A DNA stretch of 64,000 nucleotides from an uncultured Methanolobus sp. (GTDB taxonomy: Archaea; Halobacteriota; Methanosarcinia; Methanosarcinales; Methanosarcinaceae): NCBI GenBank assembly GCA_963675495.1, contig OY776215.1, positions 2,528,001 to 2,592,000 on the forward strand, given 5' to 3'. Below are positions 58,799-64,000 of the stretch, one piece after another. Both the position numbers and the translations under genes were made by a program. The notes under the pieces are model-generated. The model was not told the origin of the DNA. It searched no databases and saw nothing but the letters and a program-made list of their open reading frames with translations. The number at the start of each line of letters is the position of its first letter. The stretch's first letter is position 1.

Positions 58799-59188
58799 AT
58801 GGTTGATATTGCAATAGTAATGGGGTCTGAGTCCGACAGGGCCGTGGCAAACAGAGTGACGGGTGTTCTTGATAGCACAGACTATTCTTATGATGTTCAG
58901 GTTATATCTGCACATCGTAATCCTGATAAACTGGATGAATATGTCTCACAGAGTGATTCAAAAGTATACATCGCTATAGCAGGTCTTTCTGCTGCACTTC
59001 CAGGTGTGATCGCTTCCAAAACGAAGATACCGGTAATTGGCGTTCCTGTAAGCTCAAAGATGATGGGTCTTGATGCCTTGCTATCTACTGCACAGATGCC
59101 TCCGGGTGTACCGGTTGCAAGTGTGGGTGTTGACAACGGGGCAAATGCAGCTTATCTTGCAATAAGAATACTGGATCTGATTCAGTAA
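58799..59188 (+). CDS. purE: PurE (N5-CAIR mutase/AIR carboxylase)
   Basis: [35 protein letters not shown] and NGANAA motifs. Confidence 0.95.
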   Translation: MVDIAIVMGSESDRAVANRVTGVLDSTDYSYDVQVISAHRNPDKLDEYVSQSDSKVYIAIAGLSAALPGVIASKTKIPVIGVPVSSKMMGLDALLSTAQMPPGVPVASVGVDNGANAAYLAIRILDLIQ

Positions 59189-60063
59189 TCTATTTTATTT
59201 AGCTGGAAGATACATTGCTCGTCTCCATTTCCCATGGTTTCAAGCACATCAACTTCCATATCCTGTCCATAAATATCTATTATTCTTGAGAATATTCCTC
59301 GTGACAGGGTACAAAGTATGGGGTTTAGCTGTGCTTCCTCTTTTCCCCATGGGCACACGTTTCCCTGTAGTGTGAAAATGGAATTTTCATCTGACAGTAA
59401 TTCAGACTTAAAATCTGCTCCAAGCTGATTTATTATCTGGCAGCAAATATCGCCTATGCCTTCATAGCTCATAACTTCATCTTCTGTATTTTCCATTATT
59501 GATTCTACGACCATATCTATCATCTGGTGTATAATAATACTTTTTTGTTCACCAGGTAATGTTTTCAGGAGTACTGGAATGATTTGTGTGAGCACGGACC
59601 TGATCTTATTTTGTAAATTGAGTTTATCCCTCTCTGCCAGAAGGTCATAATGCATGTTCTTTAGCTTAATTAATGAGCTTATGCGAGTCAAAAGTTCCAT
59701 CTTGTTGACTGGTTTTGTCAGGAATTCATCAGCTCCTGCCTCTATGCCTGCTATCCAGTCATCTCTTCCTGAGAGAGCCGTTACCATAATAACAGGTATG
59801 AATTGGGTTTCTGGGTCTCTCTTGAGAATTTCACATACCTGGTAGCCATTAATGTCAGGCATCATGACATCAAGAAGAATCACATCAGGCTTTTCTTCAC
59901 CCACCAGTTTAAGCGCCTCATTCCCATTTATGGCTGAAATAACTGCATATTCTCCTTCAAGATATGCCTTAAGCAATTCTATATTCATTACTTCATCATC
60001 AACGATGAGTATTTTTGAATCAGTGGTGGATGATATAATGGTAAAAACTCCTTGATACCTCAT
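59182..60063 (-). CDS. Response regulator, REC + V4R-like/methanogen output domain (MetOD1-like)
   Basis: Receiver motifs; C-terminal CPW...NPILC...RGIF...GD..C.F; start uncertain (ATG 60063 or ATT 60039). Confidence 0.85.
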   Translation of the reverse strand: MRYQGVFTIISSTTDSKILIVDDEVMNIELLKAYLEGEYAVISAINGNEALKLVGEEKPDVILLDVMMPDINGYQVCEILKRDPETQFIPVIMVTALSGRDDWIAGIEAGADEFLTKPVNKMELLTRISSLIKLKNMHYDLLAERDKLNLQNKIRSVLTQIIPVLLKTLPGEQKSIIIHQMIDMVVESIMENTEDEVMSYEGIGDICCQIINQLGADFKSELLSDENSIFTLQGNVCPWGKEEAQLNPILCTLSRGIFSRIIDIYGQDMEVDVLETMGNGDEQCIFQLNKIDY

Positions 60064-60245
60064 TTGATAAGCTTTTGATCGAACGATGCAGGTCTGTTTA
60101 ATATTTAATTGTATATTATAATTTTTATTATATATACATGGTGGCAATGTGCTCTATCATGGAGTTTCTAAAGAAAATCCAAAGCCAACACTATGTGTGT
60201 TTTTGCAAAGTTATTAAAAAAAAGTGAATAAATCTCGGGATGATT

Positions 60246-61043
60246 TTAGAGCTCTATTAATTTAGCCTTCGATCCTTTTAGGCTTATACCTGCAGATGTG
60301 ATGTCAAATACGTTGATGTCAAGGGTTATCTTCGTACTTCGCATTTTTGGTATACTCAGGAATCGCTCATTCTTGCCGGTATATGGGTTTTCCTTCACCA
60401 TTAATTTGACAGCTCCGTAAGTGGAATAATCTGCGATCTTGTGTGTCATCTCATAGGCGGCTTCATCCATTATGTATAGTGTAGTAGTTTCCTGTTGTGC
60501 AAGCAAACGATTAATCGTATCAAACTTGTCTCTGAACTCTTTAGCTTCAAGTCCAAAAGCCAGTACTCCTATATTATCAATGACTGCCACATCAGCATCT
60601 TCAGATATAAGTCTTACAAGATCAATAATGTCTATTTCTTCAATATTGAATCCTTCCTGGTCAGGTCTTATTGATCTGTCAAGCTGGGTTTCTTCTATGA
60701 TCTGTATTTCAGTATCACTGAAATCATCTATCAGATGAGCTTCTCTTGCAATGGCTCTGGTTCTATATTCTATAACTTGTTTAATTTGAAGCTGACCTTT
60801 CTCTATGAAGGATTCAAGGCCAAGACCAAGCATTGCTGCCTGTTCTAAAAGATCGCTGGGTGTTTCTTCGGTTGCCACCATTATGCATTTTTTCCCATCC
60901 ATGCATGATTTATGTAGAAAATGTAATCCGAATATAGTCTTACCGGCACCAGGTACTCCAGTAATGAGGATCCCTTTTCCTTTTGGATAACCACCGCTGA
61001 TCTTTTTATCCAGATTCGCTATTCCTGTGGGCATTCTTTCCAT
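60246..61043 (-). CDS. KaiC/RAD55-like single-domain ATPase
   Basis: TGI..LD..ISGGYP, Walker A GVPGAGKT, ATEE and R.L.I.KMR.T motifs. Confidence 0.9.
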   Translation of the reverse strand: MERMPTGIANLDKKISGGYPKGKGILITGVPGAGKTIFGLHFLHKSCMDGKKCIMVATEETPSDLLEQAAMLGLGLESFIEKGQLQIKQVIEYRTRAIAREAHLIDDFSDTEIQIIEETQLDRSIRPDQEGFNIEEIDIIDLVRLISEDADVAVIDNIGVLAFGLEAKEFRDKFDTINRLLAQQETTTLYIMDEAAYEMTHKIADYSTYGAVKLMVKENPYTGKNERFLSIPKMRSTKITLDINVFDITSAGISLKGSKAKLIEL

Positions 61044-61439
61044 TTATATCACGCTAGGCCTGAAGACTATCTATCTTTCACAAATTTATATATTATTTAT
61101 GATAATATATTATATAAATATATTCTTGTTCATTAGTTATACATTTATTCCCATTTCCTGCTTATGGGCTTGTGTGATTTTATTAGTTTGGAATTCTGAT
61201 TCTTTACTTCAAGGTCAGATTGTTTTTTATTTCGATTTTATTTGAGTCCTCTTTACGAATAATATTTATAGATTCAGTCCAAAAAACAAGAGGGGGATTG
61301 GACATTTATTTCTGTCTTTACGGGTAGGCTACAAGTAAGGCATTGATTTGAATTTGTATAGTGAACTGGCATATCTTATAATATCATTTTGGGGTGTTAC
61401 CTATCTTATTTAATTCACGGAAACTAAAAGGGGATAATT

Positions 61440-63167
61440 GTGAACATTGATCTAAATTTGAAAATAGGGGGTGCAGCAGGTCAGGGGCTGCAAACCACCG
61501 GTATGACTTTAGCCAAGACATTGAAAAAAAGCGGGTTCCATGTTTTTGCAACACAGTACTATTTTTCCAGAGTACGGGGGGGGCATAACATTTTCCAGAT
61601 ACGCATAAATGACTCTCCTGTTTTTGCAATGACTGAAAGTGTAGATATTCTACTGGCTCTGGATGGTGAGTCCATCACTCAGCACATGTCTGAACTGAAA
61701 GAAGGCGTAATAGTAGTTGATTCAGATGTAATTGATGTCAAAGAAAATGCAGATTCTATATTTCATGTTCCAATGCTAAAGATAGCCAAAGATGTCTGTG
61801 GCGATAAAATATACTCCAACTCAGTTTCTATGGGGGCGGTCATTGGTCTGCTGTGCCTTGAGCTGTCGAACCTTGAATCTATACTAAAAGCAGCCTTCAA
61901 AAAGAAAGGTGAGGAAATAATACAAAAGAATATCGATGCAGCACGTGCAGGTTATAATTACGTAAAAGATAATTATCCTGGTGGCTGCAAGTTTGAAGTC
62001 AGTGACTCCGGGGAAAAAGAGGGAATGATGCTTGTTAACGGGAATGAGGCAGTAGGTCTCGGTGCCCTTGCAGCCGGTGTGCAGTTCCTTGCAGCTTATC
62101 CTATGACCCCTTCTACTGGTGTCATGACCTATGTGGCTGCAAATGCAGACAAATTCAACGTTGTAGTTGAGCAGGCTGAAGACGAAATTGCGGCATTGAA
62201 TATGGTCCTTGGAGCATCTTTTGCAGGTGCCCGCTCAATGACAACTACTTCAGGGGGTGGTTTTTCCCTGATGACCGAAGCTCTTGGACTTGCCAGTATC
62301 ACAGAAACACCTGCCGTTATTTTTCTCTGTCAGCGCCCAGGGCCTGCCACGGGTCTTCCTACTATGACCGAGCAAGGTGACCTCCAGTTTGCCCTTAATG
62401 CTGCTCAAGGGGACTTCCCAAGATGTATTCTTGCACCAGGTACTCCAGAAGAATGCTTCTATCTCACTGCGGAAGCTTTTAACATTGCAGACAAATACCA
62501 GATACCTGTTTTTGTTATGAGTGACCAGTATCTGGCAGATTCTCTGTTCACATGTCCAAGGTTCGATACTTCAAAAGTGCTAGTTGAAAGGCATCTTCTA
62601 TCTGATCAGGAATTAAGGACGAAGAAGGAAGAATATAAGCGTTACAAGTTCACTCCCCTTGGAATTTCCCCCCGTGCTCTTCCCGGACAGGAAAGCGTAC
62701 TGGTTGTCGCTGACAGCGACGAACATGATGAATTTGGACACATCAATGAAGATCCTGTCAACCGTATAAAGATGAATGATAAACGCATGAATAAACTGGA
62801 AGTGCTCAGGGAGGAGATGCCTGGGGCAAAAATATACGGTAGCCCGGATGCATCTATTACACTGGTTGGCTGGGGTTCTACATATGGTCCCCTTGCAGAG
62901 GTTGTGGATATGCTAAATGGTGGGGGGAAGTCCTTCAATCTTGTTCATTTTACTCATATACATCCGATTCCTGTTGAAACCACCAGAAAATTACTTGCAA
63001 AGGCCAAAAAAACCGTTTGTGTTGAGAATAATTCTACCGGGCAGTTTTCACGTCTTTTGAAAGTAGATGCCGACATAAGTGTAACAGAAAATGTAATTAG
63101 GTATGATGGTAAGCCCTTTAGTCCGGAGTTCATAATTTCTGCTCTTAAAGCAAAAGGAGTGATCTGA
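61440..63167 (+). CDS. 2-oxoacid:ferredoxin oxidoreductase alpha subunit (gamma-alpha fusion, KorA-like)
   Basis: GGAAGQG, SRVRGGHN, YPMTP, QAEDEIAA, TSGGGFSLM.E and QRPGPATGLPT motifs. Confidence 0.93.
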   Translation: MNIDLNLKIGGAAGQGLQTTGMTLAKTLKKSGFHVFATQYYFSRVRGGHNIFQIRINDSPVFAMTESVDILLALDGESITQHMSELKEGVIVVDSDVIDVKENADSIFHVPMLKIAKDVCGDKIYSNSVSMGAVIGLLCLELSNLESILKAAFKKKGEEIIQKNIDAARAGYNYVKDNYPGGCKFEVSDSGEKEGMMLVNGNEAVGLGALAAGVQFLAAYPMTPSTGVMTYVAANADKFNVVVEQAEDEIAALNMVLGASFAGARSMTTTSGGGFSLMTEALGLASITETPAVIFLCQRPGPATGLPTMTEQGDLQFALNAAQGDFPRCILAPGTPEECFYLTAEAFNIADKYQIPVFVMSDQYLADSLFTCPRFDTSKVLVERHLLSDQELRTKKEEYKRYKFTPLGISPRALPGQESVLVVADSDEHDEFGHINEDPVNRIKMNDKRMNKLEVLREEMPGAKIYGSPDASITLVGWGSTYGPLAEVVDMLNGGGKSFNLVHFTHIHPIPVETTRKLLAKAKKTVCVENNSTGQFSRLLKVDADISVTENVIRYDGKPFSPEFIISALKAKGVI

Positions 63168-64000
63168 ATGGTCAATATAGAAGATTATGGGAAATTTGAA
63201 ACTGCATGGTGTCCTGGATGTGGTAATTTTGGTATCCTTAAAGCCATTAAACAGGCACTTGTAAACCTGGGACGTTCGCCTCATGAGGTATTCATAGCTT
63301 CAGGGATCGGTCAGTCAAGCAAACTTCCTCATTATCTGAAATGTAATGCATTTAACGGGCTACATGGCCGTTCATTGCCACCTGCAACAGGGGCTAAGAT
63401 TGCCAACCACGAAATGACCGTTCTTGCAGTTACCGGGGATGGGGATTGTTATGGTGAAGGGGGTAACCACTTCCTGCATACTGTCCGGAGGAATCCTGAT
63501 ATTACTATGATAGTTCATGACAACCAGATATATGGGCTCACAAAAGGACAGGCATCACCCACAAGTGAGATTGGTATGAAAACTAAGGTTCAGACACATG
63601 GTGTGTTCAACATGCCACTCAATCCATTGTCTCTGGCAATATCACTGGATTGTTCGTTTGTAAGCCGTGGGTATGCTGGTAATATCTCCCATCTTTCCAA
63701 ACTTATCGAAAAAGCCATAGAGCACAAAGGTCTTTCTCTTGTTGATGTGCTTCAGCCATGTGTTTCTTTCAACAAGCTGAATACTTTTAAGTGGTACTCT
63801 GAAAGAGTTTATGAAATGGAAGATCCTGGCTATGAGTTAAATAATCGGGTGAGGGCTTTTGAAAAATCGCTTGAATGGGGCGATAAGATTCCTCTGGGTG
63901 TTTTCTATGTGAACGAAAAGCCAAGTTTTGAGGACTACCTTGATGTGCTTGCTTCAGGACCTCTCTACAAGAATGCTCCAAAAACCGAATTGGTGAATGA
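63168..64000 (+). CDS. 2-oxoacid:ferredoxin oxidoreductase beta subunit (3' truncated by window; absent from ORF track)
   Basis: Manual translation MVNIEDYGKFETAWCPGCGNFGIL...SGIGQSS...LHGR...GDGD...DNQIYGLTKGQASPT...QPCVSFN; open to window end. Confidence 0.93.
   Translation, partial: MVNIEDYGKFETAWCPGCGNFGILKAIKQALVNLGRSPHEVFIASGIGQSSKLPHYLKCNAFNGLHGRSLPPATGAKIANHEMTVLAVTGDGDCYGEGGNHFLHTVRRNPDITMIVHDNQIYGLTKGQASPTSEIGMKTKVQTHGVFNMPLNPLSLAISLDCSFVSRGYAGNISHLSKLIEKAIEHKGLSLVDVLQPCVSFNKLNTFKWYSERVYEMEDPGYELNNRVRAFEKSLEWGDKIPLGVFYVNEKPSFEDYLDVLASGPLYKNAPKTELVN

Noticed and set aside
1-64000. CRISPR array, cas genes, transposases, integrases, prophage, rRNA
   Set aside because: No regularly spaced repeats and no ORF with recognisable motifs for these; the tRNA-Trp 3' end was not seen repeated as an att site

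Overview
Archaeal chromosomal DNA from a methanogen of the Methanosarcinaceae (Methanococcoides-like; inferred from gene content and protein similarity recalled from memory, no database search). 0-20 kb is conserved core: valS 3' end, PUA protein, sepF, ZPR1, peroxiredoxin, proS, cobT, an intron-containing tRNA-Trp whose intron is a box C/D guide RNA, the rpl15e-RNase P-proteasome-exosome-rpl37ae-rpoP-Brix-Pcc1-prefoldin superoperon, paaK/ACT and methanogenesis marker 12. 20-30 kb holds an IorA-like gene, marker 11, LemA/DUF2207, radC, mobB-moaE, and a bacterial-type clpB divergent from a wHTH regulator. 30-42 kb is an accessory envelope locus: an orphan 549-aa membrane-anchored coiled-coil protein with an internal duplication, two TrmB regulators, a small ORF, a candidate sRNA, an RND/MMPL exporter, two COG1361 proteins, a PGF-pre-PGF protein and an AI-2E permease. 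42-50 kb is a cofactor/redox island: Group II-like Fsr, two DUF169 genes, MBL, DUF1847, a NifX-like gene, two cfbA/cbiX paralogues plus a relic of a third, and a GNAT pseudogene. 50-64 kb holds fdhD-fmdFACDB, aroK-aroQ-purE, a KaiC-like ATPase with a REC-output regulator, and 2-oxoacid:ferredoxin oxidoreductase alpha/beta. No CRISPR array, rRNA, transposase or integrase was seen. The best candidates for undescribed biology are the 30-42 kb locus, the clpB regulator/operator pair, the cfbA expansion near Fsr, and a set of apparent ATT/CTG start codons.
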